Shown: in pieces, positions 29,240-39,117 of the stretch
Numbering within the stretch: position 1 is the first letter of the stretch
How the letters are laid out: the number at the start of each line of letters is the position of its first letter
Source of the DNA: Dialister sp. UBA1703
GTDB lineage: Bacteria > Bacillota > Negativicutes > Veillonellales > Dialisteraceae
Length of the DNA: 45,842 bases
Strand: one strand, 5' to 3'
Assembly: GCF_002320515.1 (NCBI RefSeq)
Contig: NZ_DCJJ01000006.1
Notes under the pieces: model-generated
The model's database searches: none
Told to the model about the DNA's origin: nothing
Seen by the model: only the letters and a program-made list of their open reading frames with translations
Position numbers and translations under genes: made by a program

Positions 29240-30326
29240 AATCGTCATTTCCGGCTACTATGGATTTAACAATGCCGGCGATGAAGCTATGCTTTCCGCT
29301 ATTCTGCAGGCTTTGAACCGGACCTTTCATTCTCCTGACATTACCGTCATTTCCGGGAGTCCTCAAACTACGGCTGCAACCTATGGTGTCCATACGGTGC
29401 CCCGTTTCAGCATTGGAGGAATCCTTCGGGCTGTCTTTTCTTCTGATCTCATTATCAGCGGCGGCGGCAGCCTTCTGCAGGATGTGACCAGTTGGAAAAG
29501 TATGATTTACTACCTTTCCATCATTACTCTGGGCGTCTTATTTCGTAAGCAGGTCTTTCTTTACTCCCAGGGAATCGGCCCTGTCCGGTATCGGGTAATC
29601 CGCATTATCCTGAAGCATGTGCTTAACCATGTGGATGCCATAACGGTAAGGGATAAGGAATCAAAGGGCTTCCTTCAGCGTCTTGGGGTCCGCCGCAAAA
29701 TCTATACCACCGCCGATGCAGTGCTGTCCCTGGCTCCCGCTGATCTTTCCATAGGAAGAAGAATTTTAAGGGAGAAAGGGATTCCCGAGGGGAAAAAGAA
29801 AATCGGCATTGCCATCAGGTACTGGCATCATTCCAAAGAATGGATGGATAAGCTGAAAAGTGCCATTTCCCGTCTGGCGGCTAAGGAGGATGCGGTGATC
29901 GTATGCATTCCCATGCAGTATCCGGAAGATGAAAAAGCAGCGGAATCCATGAACCTGGAGGATGACCGGGTCTATTTCCTTGATGATGATTATTCCATAG
30001 AAGAGCTCATGTCTATTATAGGGAATATGGATGTCCTTTTGGGAATGCGCCTTCATGCCCTGATTTTCTCGGCGCTCATGCATGTGCCTTTCCTTGGTAT
30101 TTCCTACGATCCCAAGATAGATAATTTTCTGGCCCTTATCGGACAGAAGCCGTCCACATCTGTTCAGCACATGGATGGTGAGAAGTTGTATAATGATACT
30201 TGTAGAATCCTTTTTTCCGGACTTGCACCGGAAGACTGGGAAAAGGTGGACGCTCTCCGGGAGAGAGCTTCTCTCAATGTCCAGATTTTAAAAAGTCTTG
30301 TTACTCATAAGGAGGAAAACCCATGA
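29226..30326 (+). CDS. csaB: Polysaccharide pyruvyl transferase CsaB
   Basis: SGYYGFNNAGDEA, SGGGSLLQDVTS, QGIGP, VRD, MRLH, ISYDPK. Confidence 0.92.
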   Translation: MANYKIVISGYYGFNNAGDEAMLSAILQALNRTFHSPDITVISGSPQTTAATYGVHTVPRFSIGGILRAVFSSDLIISGGGSLLQDVTSWKSMIYYLSIITLGVLFRKQVFLYSQGIGPVRYRVIRIILKHVLNHVDAITVRDKESKGFLQRLGVRRKIYTTADAVLSLAPADLSIGRRILREKGIPEGKKKIGIAIRYWHHSKEWMDKLKSAISRLAAKEDAVIVCIPMQYPEDEKAAESMNLEDDRVYFLDDDYSIEELMSIIGNMDVLLGMRLHALIFSALMHVPFLGISYDPKIDNFLALIGQKPSTSVQHMDGEKLYNDTCRILFSGLAPEDWEKVDALRERASLNVQILKSLVTHKEENP

Positions 30327-31156
30327 GTCATCTTTCTGCAGAAGAATCTGCTTTTCTCAAGGCTAAGGCGAAACAGATCCGTATCGATATTTTGAAAATG
30401 ATTACAAAGGCAAATTCTGGCCATACGGGAGGTTCCTTATCTATTGCGGACCTTCTCACCCTTCTTTATTTCAAAGAAATGAATGTGGACCCGAAGGCTC
30501 CCCATAAGGCTGACCGTGACCGTCTTGTCCTTTCCAAGGGGCATGCAGCTCCTGCCATGTATGCATGTCTGGCAGAAAAGGGATATTTCCCAATGGAAGA
30601 ACTTTCTCATCTCCGCCAGGCCGGTCATATGCTGCAGGGGCATCCTGACATGAAGCATACTCCCGGCGTGGATATGACCACCGGTTCTCTGGGCCAGGGT
30701 ATCAGTGCAGCCTGCGGCATGGCACTTGCCAGCAAAATGGACAATGCTTCCTGGCGTGTTTATGCAGTCCTTGGCGACGGCGAACTGGAAGAAGGGCAGG
30801 TATGGGAAGCAGCCATGTATGCAGCCCATTACAAGCTGGACCATCTTACTGCCTTTGTGGATAACAACGGCCTTCAGATTGACGGCCCCATTACTGAAGT
30901 TATGTCCTCTCTTCCCATTGGCGACAAATTCAGGGCTTTTGGCTGGCATGTAATCGAAACGGACGGCCATGACATGGAAAAACTGCATGATGCCATTGAA
31001 GAAGCAAAGACTGTGAAAGATCAGCCTACCATGATTGTGATGAAGACAGTCAAGGGCAAAGGGGTTCCTGAAATTGAAAACCAGGTAGGCTGGCATGGCA
31101 AAGCACCGACAGAAGAAGAATGTGAAAGATTTATTAAACAGGTGGAGGCAGAATAA
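30323..31156 (+). CDS. Transketolase N-terminal subunit
   Basis: SGHTGG, LSKGH, LQGHP, GSLGQG, GDGELEEG...DNN TPP motif. Confidence 0.95.
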   Translation: MSHLSAEESAFLKAKAKQIRIDILKMITKANSGHTGGSLSIADLLTLLYFKEMNVDPKAPHKADRDRLVLSKGHAAPAMYACLAEKGYFPMEELSHLRQAGHMLQGHPDMKHTPGVDMTTGSLGQGISAACGMALASKMDNASWRVYAVLGDGELEEGQVWEAAMYAAHYKLDHLTAFVDNNGLQIDGPITEVMSSLPIGDKFRAFGWHVIETDGHDMEKLHDAIEEAKTVKDQPTMIVMKTVKGKGVPEIENQVGWHGKAPTEEECERFIKQVEAE

Positions 31157-32088
31157 TGGGTAAGGCAACTCGTGATGCATACGGCGAAGCTCTGAAGGAA
31201 CTGGGAGCTGTGAATCCTGATATTGTGGTGTTGGATGCAGATCTATCTGCTTCTACCAAAACCCAGGTCTTTGCGAAAGCCTATCCGGACCGTTTCTTCG
31301 ATACCGGTATTGCCGAAGCCAATATGATGGGGGTTGCTGCCGGTTTGGCAGCTGCCGGTAAAATTCCTTTTGCCTCCACCTTTGCTGTATTCGGTGCCGG
31401 CAGGGCCTATGAACAGATTCGCAATTCCATCTGCTATCCGAAGCTGAATGTGAAAGTGGCGGTTACCCATGCCGGACTTACGGTAGGCGAAGACGGCGCT
31501 ACCCACCAGATGCTGGAAGACATTACCCTCATGCGCGCTCTTCCCAACATGACGGTTATTGTACCGGCAGATGCAGCTGAAACAAAGGCAGCCGTAAAAT
31601 GGGCGGCTTCCTATAAGGGACCGGTGTATATTCGTATGGGCCGCGCGAAATGCGATGATATTATACCGGAAGACAAGCCTTTTGTTCCCGGAAAGAGTAC
31701 GACCTTGAAAGAAGGCAGCGATGTGACTTTCATTGCCTGCGGCATTATGACTGCCAAGGCACTGAAAGCTGCAGAAAGTCTTGAAAAGCAGGGAATTTCT
31801 GCCAGAGTTATCAACATGAGCTCCATTAAGCCTATCGATGAAGAAGCCATTGTAAAGGCAGCTGAAGAAACCGGTGCCATTATTACTGCAGAAGAACATA
31901 CGGTAAAAGGTGGCCTTGGCGGTGCCGTAGCAGAAGTTCTCGCCCTGAAGAAGCCCTGCCTTATGGATATGGTAGGTACGGAAGATACCTTCGGTCAGTC
32001 CGGCAAGGCCGATGAATTACTTGAAGTGTATGGACTCACTGCAGAGCATCTTATTTCCTCTGCCCTGCATCTGATCAGCAGAAAGTGA
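31156..32088 (+). CDS. Transketolase C-terminal subunit
   Basis: DADL, GIAEAN, GEDGATHQ, EEH; overlaps stop of the N-terminal subunit. Confidence 0.95.
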   Translation: MGKATRDAYGEALKELGAVNPDIVVLDADLSASTKTQVFAKAYPDRFFDTGIAEANMMGVAAGLAAAGKIPFASTFAVFGAGRAYEQIRNSICYPKLNVKVAVTHAGLTVGEDGATHQMLEDITLMRALPNMTVIVPADAAETKAAVKWAASYKGPVYIRMGRAKCDDIIPEDKPFVPGKSTTLKEGSDVTFIACGIMTAKALKAAESLEKQGISARVINMSSIKPIDEEAIVKAAEETGAIITAEEHTVKGGLGGAVAEVLALKKPCLMDMVGTEDTFGQSGKADELLEVYGLTAEHLISSALHLISRK

Positions 32089-32095
32089 GGATTGG

Positions 32096-32782
32096 ATGAT
32101 TACATTTGATCATGTATCATTACAATATGATGCTAAACATACTGCTCTGAAAGATATGAGCATTCATATCGATAAGGGGGAGTTTGTGTTTGTGGTAGGC
32201 CCCAGCGGTGCCGGAAAGTCTACCTTTGTCAAAGTGCTGACCCACGAATTGATTCCGGAGTCCGGCACAGTGGTTGTAAACGGGATCAATATTACGAAGC
32301 TGAAAAGGAGCAGGGTTCCTTACTATCGGCGTTCTCTGGGAATTGTATTCCAGGATTTCCGTCTTCTTTCCGAAAAAACGGTGTTTGATAATATCGCCTT
32401 CGTTCTTCGCGTAACCGGTGTTAAAAGCCGTGAAATCAAAGAAAAGGTTAATCGGGTGCTGGATCTGGTAGGCCTTAGAAATAAGGCAAAGGAGCTGCCA
32501 TCCAAACTTTCCGGTGGGGAGCAGCAGCGTGTGGCCATTGCCAGGGCGCTGGTGAATCAGCCCATCCTCCTTATTGCCGACGAACCTACAGGAAATCTTG
32601 ATCCCGTTACTTCCGAAGAAATTATGAAGCTTTTTAATGAAATCAATCATATGGGTACCACCATCATCATGGTGACCCATAACAAGGACCTGGTCAATGC
32701 CATGCATAAGCGGGTCATCAATATTGAAGACGGACGCATAATTGCAGACCAGGAAAAAGGGGGATATCATTTACATGTTTAG
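32096..32782 (+). CDS. ftsE: Cell division ATP-binding protein FtsE
   Basis: GPSGAGKST, VFQDFRLL, LSGGEQQR, ADEPTGNLDP; followed by ftsX. Confidence 0.95.
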   Translation: MITFDHVSLQYDAKHTALKDMSIHIDKGEFVFVVGPSGAGKSTFVKVLTHELIPESGTVVVNGINITKLKRSRVPYYRRSLGIVFQDFRLLSEKTVFDNIAFVLRVTGVKSREIKEKVNRVLDLVGLRNKAKELPSKLSGGEQQRVAIARALVNQPILLIADEPTGNLDPVTSEEIMKLFNEINHMGTTIIMVTHNKDLVNAMHKRVINIEDGRIIADQEKGGYHLHV

Positions 32783-33659
32783 TTCTCTTGGCTACTTCTG
32801 GAAAGAGACATTCTATTCCCTCTTCAGAAATAAATTTATGGCAGTGGCTTCCGTTCTTACGGTTACCCTGTCCATGTTTATCCTCGGCGTTTTCCTCTGC
32901 GCCGTGCTGAATATCAATCACATGGCCACGTATCTGGAAAACCAGGTCGAAATGACAGTGTACCTGAAAGACGGCCTTACGACGGATCAGGTGATGACCG
33001 TGGGGAAGAAGCTGAAAGCCCTGCCTGATTTGAAGGAAATTAAATTTACCAATAAAGACCAGGCCATGGCTGAATTCAAAAACCGGCTGGGTGACCAGCA
33101 GGGGATTCTGGATGCCATCAACGGTAATCCGCTACCCTCTTCCTACTCCACCTCCTTTGCTACACCGGCTTCACTGAAAAATGCTGTGAACATTGTATCC
33201 AAGTATCAGGAAGTAGACTCCGTGCAGTATGGCCAGGATATTATTGAACAACTCTACAAGGTGGCCCAGGTTATCCGCATCGGCGGCATGATCCTCATCG
33301 TATTCCTGGCAGGTGCCGAACTCTTTATTATTTCCAATACCATTCGTCTTACCGTATTTGCCAGACGCCGCGAAATTCAAATTATGAAGTACGTAGGTGC
33401 AACTAACGGTTTCATCCGCTGGCCCTTCATTTTCGAAGGTATGATTATCGGTTTTCTGGGATCCGGTCTTGCTTCCTTTATCCTTTGGGAAGGGTACAAG
33501 ATGGTGCTCATGGAAATGACAAAGGCCGGTCTTGTATTTATTCCCATGATTTCGCTCTGGCCCTTTATCGGCTATATTACGGTTATGCTGCTGGCCGCCG
33601 GTGTCATTATCGGTATCCTTGGCAGTACGATCTCTCTTCGTAAGTATATGAAGGTGTAA
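32775..33659 (+). CDS. ftsX: Cell division permease FtsX
   Basis: Four TMs, NPLP, ISNTIRLTVFARRREI.IMK.VGAT, PF.FEG. Confidence 0.95.
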   Translation: MFSSLGYFWKETFYSLFRNKFMAVASVLTVTLSMFILGVFLCAVLNINHMATYLENQVEMTVYLKDGLTTDQVMTVGKKLKALPDLKEIKFTNKDQAMAEFKNRLGDQQGILDAINGNPLPSSYSTSFATPASLKNAVNIVSKYQEVDSVQYGQDIIEQLYKVAQVIRIGGMILIVFLAGAELFIISNTIRLTVFARRREIQIMKYVGATNGFIRWPFIFEGMIIGFLGSGLASFILWEGYKMVLMEMTKAGLVFIPMISLWPFIGYITVMLLAAGVIIGILGSTISLRKYMKV

Positions 33660-33665
33660 AGGCCT

Positions 33666-34859
33666 ATGAAAAGATCAACATATATGGCCTCCCTGCTGAC
33701 CATTTCTCTTCTGCTGGGCGGACAGGCACTTTCCATGCCTTCCTATGCCGATGACCTGGACGACCAGGTGCAGGACCTGCAGGGACAGATCGATTCGTCC
33801 CGTTTGGAACAGGAAAACTGGCAGCAGGTCATTGAAGATGTGAGCGCAAAACTGAAGCAGATACAGGCTGATCTGGATGCAGCCAATGCACGTCTCCAGG
33901 GGATACGAAATAAACAGGCAGAAATCAATGCACAGATTGCACAGACCCAGAATGAAATCGTTAAGATGGAAGCCTACCTGAAAACCAGGCAGAATGTATT
34001 GAACCGCCGAGTCCGTGCTATTTATATGCATGGCCAGCTGAACTATCTGGAAGTCATCCTCGGTGCCAACAGCTTCAGTGATTTTGCTAACCGGGTGGAA
34101 CTCCTGAAACGAATCATCCGTTCCGATTACAATCTGATTCTTGAAATACAGAAACAGAAAGCAGCTATTGAAGCCAAAAAGGCTCAGCTGGAAGAAGACA
34201 AACGTCAGCTGGATGCCCTGGCGGCGGAAGCGGAAAAAACGCAGAAAGAAATTGCAGCCAAGAAGGCAGAACAGCAGAAGGTGCTTGATGCCGCAAAGAG
34301 CAATAAGGCAGCTGCAGCCCAGATGGAACAGGATTTGAATGCCCAGCTGGCTTCTGTAAGAAACCTGATTCAGCAGCGTCTGGCTGCGGCGGAAGCTGCC
34401 AGACAGGCGGCTCAGCAGGCAGCTGAAAGCGATGACGGCGGCGGTGGTGGCAGTGATGATAACTACGTACAGGGAACCGGCGCTATGAGCTGGCCCTGCA
34501 GCGGCCCCATCACATCGCCCTTCGGCTATCGAACTCATCCTATTTTCGGAACCACCATTTTCCATGCAGGCATTGATATCGGCGTAGACTATGGTACGCC
34601 TATTCATGCAGCAGACAGCGGCGTGGTGGTGTATTCCGGATGGATTTCCGGTTACGGAAATGCTGTCATTATCGATCATGGCGGCGGTGTCTCCACATTG
34701 TATGGACACAACCAGTCTTTGGCTGTATCCGAAGGCCAGTCCGTATCCAAAGGCTCTGTTATCGCCTATGCCGGCTCTACCGGCAATTCCACAGGTCCTC
34801 ACTGTCACTTTGAAGTGGATGTGAATGGGTCTCCTGTGAATCCCATGGGGTATCTCTGA
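33666..34859 (+). CDS. Coiled-coil M23 peptidase (EnvC-like murein hydrolase)
   Basis: Signal peptide, long coiled coil, Gly linker, intact HAGID, YGH and TGPHCHFE motifs. Confidence 0.92.
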   Translation: MKRSTYMASLLTISLLLGGQALSMPSYADDLDDQVQDLQGQIDSSRLEQENWQQVIEDVSAKLKQIQADLDAANARLQGIRNKQAEINAQIAQTQNEIVKMEAYLKTRQNVLNRRVRAIYMHGQLNYLEVILGANSFSDFANRVELLKRIIRSDYNLILEIQKQKAAIEAKKAQLEEDKRQLDALAAEAEKTQKEIAAKKAEQQKVLDAAKSNKAAAAQMEQDLNAQLASVRNLIQQRLAAAEAARQAAQQAAESDDGGGGGSDDNYVQGTGAMSWPCSGPITSPFGYRTHPIFGTTIFHAGIDIGVDYGTPIHAADSGVVVYSGWISGYGNAVIIDHGGGVSTLYGHNQSLAVSEGQSVSKGSVIAYAGSTGNSTGPHCHFEVDVNGSPVNPMGYL

Positions 34860-36043
34860 TGCATAACAAGTGGAAATTTTTGGAAAAGTCCCATTGGAAA
34901 TGGGGCTTTTCCTTTATTGGCGGCGTAGTTCTCTGCACAGGAGCCGTTATCTGCGGCGGTGCATACTGGCTGACAGGAGGCCATCCTGACAGCTTTCTTC
35001 ATTTTCTCTATACATACCGTATGGTGAAAGAAAATTACTTCCGGCCCATAGATGAAGATGCTTTATGGCAGGGAGCTTCCAGGGGCATGCTCTCCGGTCT
35101 TGATGACCCATATTCCACCCTCCTTTCCGGTGATTCCTATAATTCCTTCATGGAAACTACTAATGGGGAATATGGCGGAATCGGTGTGGTTATGGGGGCT
35201 GACGTTGACGGAGACATCCGGATTTTCAATGTCTTTCCGGACAGTGCTGCAGAAAAGGCAGGCATTCAGAGTGGAGACAGTATTCTTTCCGTTGACGGCA
35301 AAGGGGTGGATGAGCTGGGACTTACCGGCACAGCCCGGGCTGTGCGCGGTGAAAACGGCACAGAGGTGACTCTGGCCCTTTCCCGAAACGGGGAACCTAT
35401 TACCATCCAGGTGACCCGTTCCAACGTGAGCCTTCCTACGGTTCTGGGAAGAATGGTCAAAGAAAACATTGGCTATATCCATATTTTCAGTTTCAGCAAA
35501 CACACGCCTGATGAGTTCAAAAAGCAGCTGGCAGCCTTGAAAGACCAGGGCTGTGAAAAACTGATCATTGACCTCCGCATGAACCCCGGCGGCATGATTG
35601 ATTCTGTAGTGGCAGTGGCTGATCAGATTCTGACCGGTGGTACGGTAGTGAGCTATCACACCAGACATCACGGCAGTGAAAACTTTACCATTAAGGGAAT
35701 AGAAAAGCCTATGCCCATGGTTATCCTCATAGATAAGAACAGCGCCAGCGCTTCGGAAATTCTGGCCGGTGCCGTGCAGGATAAAAAAGAAGGCACCATT
35801 ATGGGAGAAACCAGCTTTGGCAAGGGGACTGTGCAGGCAGTATATCCTGACGGCAGTCATGAAGCGCTTAAGATATCTATTGCTGAATACAGAACCGCTG
35901 CCGGGCGGGTTATTGACAAGAAAGGAATTATCCCCGACATTCCGGTGAAACAGACAGGACGGCTTTTCAGCCTGACTTCCGACAATGTTCTCCAAAATGC
36001 TATTGATGTACTCATGGAAATGGAAGCGGCACAGGAAAAATAA
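34859..36043 (+). CDS. S41A C-terminal processing protease (CtpA/CtpB-like)
   Basis: LDDPYS, PDZ GIG, DLRMNPGG, SASASEI, FGKGTVQ. Confidence 0.93.
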   Translation: MHNKWKFLEKSHWKWGFSFIGGVVLCTGAVICGGAYWLTGGHPDSFLHFLYTYRMVKENYFRPIDEDALWQGASRGMLSGLDDPYSTLLSGDSYNSFMETTNGEYGGIGVVMGADVDGDIRIFNVFPDSAAEKAGIQSGDSILSVDGKGVDELGLTGTARAVRGENGTEVTLALSRNGEPITIQVTRSNVSLPTVLGRMVKENIGYIHIFSFSKHTPDEFKKQLAALKDQGCEKLIIDLRMNPGGMIDSVVAVADQILTGGTVVSYHTRHHGSENFTIKGIEKPMPMVILIDKNSASASEILAGAVQDKKEGTIMGETSFGKGTVQAVYPDGSHEALKISIAEYRTAAGRVIDKKGIIPDIPVKQTGRLFSLTSDNVLQNAIDVLMEMEAAQEK

Positions 36044-36061
36044 AATCATGATGTTATGATA

Positions 36062-36090
36062 AAAACCGCAGCCCCTTGGACTGCGGTTTT
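36062..36090. terminator. Terminator after the S41 protease gene
   Basis: AAAACCGCAG-N9-CTGCGGTTTT. Confidence 0.7.
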
Positions 36091-36160
36091 GGGGTAGTGG
36101 AATGTCTGCTCTTTTTTGATGGCCATGATTATTTCAACATCCCTTTATTCCCAAACTTTT

Positions 36161-36189
36161 TTCCTTTCATAGGCCCGGCATGTTATAAT
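36161..36189 (+). promoter_or_regulatory. Extended -10 promoter of the obgE operon
   Basis: TGTTATAAT (36181-36189); weak -35 TTCCTT. Confidence 0.55.
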
Positions 36190-36229
36190 AACAATGTAAT
36201 ATTGTGTCATTTTTGAGTGAGGTATACAT

Positions 36230-37528
36230 ATGTTTATTGATAGAGCAAAAATCATCGTTGTTTCCGGTGCCGGCGGAGACGGTATGGTTTCCTTCCGCCG
36301 GGAAAAATATGTTCCCCGGGGCGGCCCCAGCGGCGGGGACGGCGGTAAAGGCGGTTCTGTGATTATCCGGGCTGACGGCAGTCTGAATACACTGATTAAT
36401 TTCCGGCGTCACCGGAAGTTTGCGGCCAAAGCCGGTGCCAATGGCGGGGCAAAGGAAATGTTCGGCAAGAACGGGGAAGATGTTCTTGTAGACGTGCCGC
36501 TGGGCACTATGGTGTATGATGACCGCACCGGAGAGCTTTTGGCAGATATGACCCAGGATGGGCAGCAGGTTACGGTGGTGAAAGGCGGCCATGGGGGCAG
36601 AGGCAATTCCCACTTCGCCACGTCCGCTGTCCGCGCTCCTACCTATGCGGAGAAGGGGGAACCGGGAGAAGAAAAAATTATCCGCCTTGAGCTGAAGATT
36701 CTGGCGGATGTGGGACTTCTTGGCTTTCCGTCTGTAGGCAAGTCCAGTCTCCTTCGTAAAGTGTCCGGTGCCAGACCGGAAGTGGCGGCTTACCATTTCA
36801 CCACATTGACCCCGGTACTTGGCGTTGTGAGCCTGGATGCAGAACGCAGCTTTGTTATGGCCGATATTCCCGGACTTATCGAAGGTGCCAGCCAGGGCAC
36901 GGGTCTGGGAGACGAATTCCTGCGTCATGTGGAACGGACCAAAGTCCTGATTCACGTGCTGGATGCAGCAGGCAGTGAAGGCCGGGATCCTATCAATGAT
37001 TTCCACATTATTAATAATGAACTGGAACTTTACAGTCCGGAACTTGTTAAAAAGAAACAGATTGTTGCAGCCAATAAGACCGATCTGATTGATGATCCTT
37101 CCAAACTGGAAGCCCTTCGGAAGGAAATCGAAGGGGAAGGCTATCTCTTTTTCCCCATCTGTACTCTTACAGGAGAAGGGCTGAAGCCTCTTCTGGAAGC
37201 AGCCTGGAAGATCCTGCAGGAAGTACCGGATGTAACTTTTGAAAATCCGGAAAAGGCCATTGTCTATGAAGTGCCTAAGGACGAATTCCTGATTGAAAAG
37301 AAGGATGACGTTTTTTATGTAAAGGGAAAACGGGTGGAGAAACTGGTAGGCATGACCAATTTTGAAGACTATGTGTCCATGCGCCGTTTTGAAAAGGCCT
37401 GGCGTTTTATGGGCCTTGACAAGCTTCTCAAAAAGGAAGGAATTCAAGAAGGGGACACCGTGAATCTGTATGGTGTTGAATTTACCTATGCCGACAGCAG
37501 AGATGCTTCGGAAGATGAAGATAAGTAA
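36230..37528 (+). CDS. obgE: GTPase ObgE
   Basis: FIDRAKI, RREKYVPRGGPSGGDGG, GFPSVGKS, YHFTT, DIPGLIEGA, NKTD, C-terminal OCT domain. Confidence 0.99.
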   Translation: MFIDRAKIIVVSGAGGDGMVSFRREKYVPRGGPSGGDGGKGGSVIIRADGSLNTLINFRRHRKFAAKAGANGGAKEMFGKNGEDVLVDVPLGTMVYDDRTGELLADMTQDGQQVTVVKGGHGGRGNSHFATSAVRAPTYAEKGEPGEEKIIRLELKILADVGLLGFPSVGKSSLLRKVSGARPEVAAYHFTTLTPVLGVVSLDAERSFVMADIPGLIEGASQGTGLGDEFLRHVERTKVLIHVLDAAGSEGRDPINDFHIINNELELYSPELVKKKQIVAANKTDLIDDPSKLEALRKEIEGEGYLFFPICTLTGEGLKPLLEAAWKILQEVPDVTFENPEKAIVYEVPKDEFLIEKKDDVFYVKGKRVEKLVGMTNFEDYVSMRRFEKAWRFMGLDKLLKKEGIQEGDTVNLYGVEFTYADSRDASEDEDK

Positions 37529-37539
37529 GGGAGATATGT

Positions 37540-37830
37540 ATGCTGACAGGTAAGCAGAAGCAGTATTTAAAAAGTGAAGCGGTGAATCTTCCCGCCTATG
37601 TACAGATTGGAAAGGAAGGAATGACCTCTGCTGTGATTCAAAGCGTGGAGGATGTACTTCTGGCCCGTGAACTTGTTAAAGTGAAGATTAACCAGAATTC
37701 TGATGAAGATATCCGTGATACCGCAGGAATTCTTGCAGAGAAACTGGATTGTGAAATCGTGCAGATTATCGGACGGAACTGCATCCTTTTCAAACAGAAG
37801 GAAAAGAAGTCCCACTATGAGCTCCCCTGA
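37540..37830 (+). CDS. yhbY: CRM-domain RNA-binding protein YhbY
   Basis: LTGKQK.YL, QIGKEG, ELVKV, VQIIG. Confidence 0.93.
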   Translation: MLTGKQKQYLKSEAVNLPAYVQIGKEGMTSAVIQSVEDVLLARELVKVKINQNSDEDIRDTAGILAEKLDCEIVQIIGRNCILFKQKEKKSHYELP

Positions 37831-38959
37831 TACCCTGTGCCGTAAGGCGATTCCCCGGATGAAGCGTATCGTGGTCAAGGTGGGGACCAGTTCTCTGACC
37901 TATGATAACGGCAAAATCAATCTTCGGTTCCTTGACCATCTGGCAAGGCAGATTTCTGATTTAAAGAACAGGGGACTGCAGGTTATTCTTGTCACATCCG
38001 GTGCCATCGGCATAGGCTTTCCTGAACTGGGCTTTAAGGAAAAACCGGCCTATCTTCCCTATAAGCAGGCGTCCGCTGCTGTAGGCCAGGGGATATTAAT
38101 GAATATCTATGAGCATTTATTCCGTGAATACGGTCATGTAGTAGGGCAGCTCCTCTTTACTAAAGGGGATGCGGTGAATTCCAAACGTTATCTTCATATG
38201 CATGGCACCCTCCTGTCCCTTCTGGAACTGGGAGCAGTTCCTATCATCAATGAAAATGATGCTGTGACTGCCGATGAAATCAAGATTGGGGACAATGATA
38301 CCCTTTCTGCCATTGTGGCCAGTATAGCGGAAGCGGATCTGCTCATCATCCTGTCGGATATCGACGGACTTTATGATTCAGATCCTAGAAAGAATAAAAA
38401 CGCCTGCCTTATTCACGAAGTGCCCGTTTTCACCCGTGATATTTTCCGCATGGCCGGCGGTGCCGGTACGTCCCAGGGAACTGGCGGCATGTATACTAAA
38501 ATACAGGCTGCGGAAATCTGTGTCCATTCCGGCATAGATATGGTCATTGCCAAAAGTACCATACCGGAAGTGCTTGAGCGGATTATGGACGGCGAGAATA
38601 TCGGAACCTTTTTCAAAGGGGAAAATGTACATCCCCAGCTGAAGAAAAGAGATATTATCATCGGGACTGCAGTCAAAGGAAAGATTCTTGTGGATGAAGG
38701 ATGCCGCCGGGCTCTTTTAACGAAAGGCTCCAGCCTGCTCCCTGTCGGAATTATCGGTACGGAAGGCCGTTTCTCTGAAGGAGATACGGTGGCTGTCTAC
38801 TGTCAAAACGACGAAGTTGCCCGGGGAATCACCCATTACAGCAGCGAAGACATTGGGCTGATAAAGGGGCTTCACACAGAGCAGCTGAAGGAAGGGCTGG
38901 GCATGGAACCTCCCTATGATACGGTGATTCACAGGGACAATCTTCTGGTGATGAAGTAA
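37817..38959 (+). CDS. proB: Glutamate 5-kinase with PUA domain
   Basis: VVKVGTSSL, SGA, AAVGQ, INENDAV, GDNDTLSA, GTGGM.TK, SLLPVGI, VIHRDNL. Confidence 0.96.
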   Translation: MSSPDTLCRKAIPRMKRIVVKVGTSSLTYDNGKINLRFLDHLARQISDLKNRGLQVILVTSGAIGIGFPELGFKEKPAYLPYKQASAAVGQGILMNIYEHLFREYGHVVGQLLFTKGDAVNSKRYLHMHGTLLSLLELGAVPIINENDAVTADEIKIGDNDTLSAIVASIAEADLLIILSDIDGLYDSDPRKNKNACLIHEVPVFTRDIFRMAGGAGTSQGTGGMYTKIQAAEICVHSGIDMVIAKSTIPEVLERIMDGENIGTFFKGENVHPQLKKRDIIIGTAVKGKILVDEGCRRALLTKGSSLLPVGIIGTEGRFSEGDTVAVYCQNDEVARGITHYSSEDIGLIKGLHTEQLKEGLGMEPPYDTVIHRDNLLVMK

Positions 38960-38961
38960 CC

Positions 38962-39117
38962 ATGAAATTTTCTGAAAAAGCCAGATGGCTTGTTTATTAT
39001 TACACGAAGCATCCCAAAGGACGTTTTGAGCTGTCCCATATACTGGAGCTCCTTGGATTCCTTCTGGTATGCATCATGATTTCGGAAGCGGTGTTATACA
39101 TATGGTTAAACGGATAG
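38962..39117 (+). CDS. Small hypothetical membrane protein (51 aa, below the ORF-track cut-off)
   Basis: MKFSEKARWLVYYYTKHPKGRFELSHILELLGFLLVCIMISEAVLYIWLNG; starts 2 nt after the proB stop and overlaps the nadD start; C-terminal hydrophobic helix. Confidence 0.6.
   Translation: MKFSEKARWLVYYYTKHPKGRFELSHILELLGFLLVCIMISEAVLYIWLNG

Noticed and set aside
30323-32088. Split transketolase as a frameshift artefact
   Set aside because: Two-subunit transketolases are common in anaerobic Firmicutes, and the second gene has its own GGAGG RBS
34435-34451. GGC/GGT run as a phase-variable repeat
   Set aside because: In-frame poly-Gly linker with mixed codons
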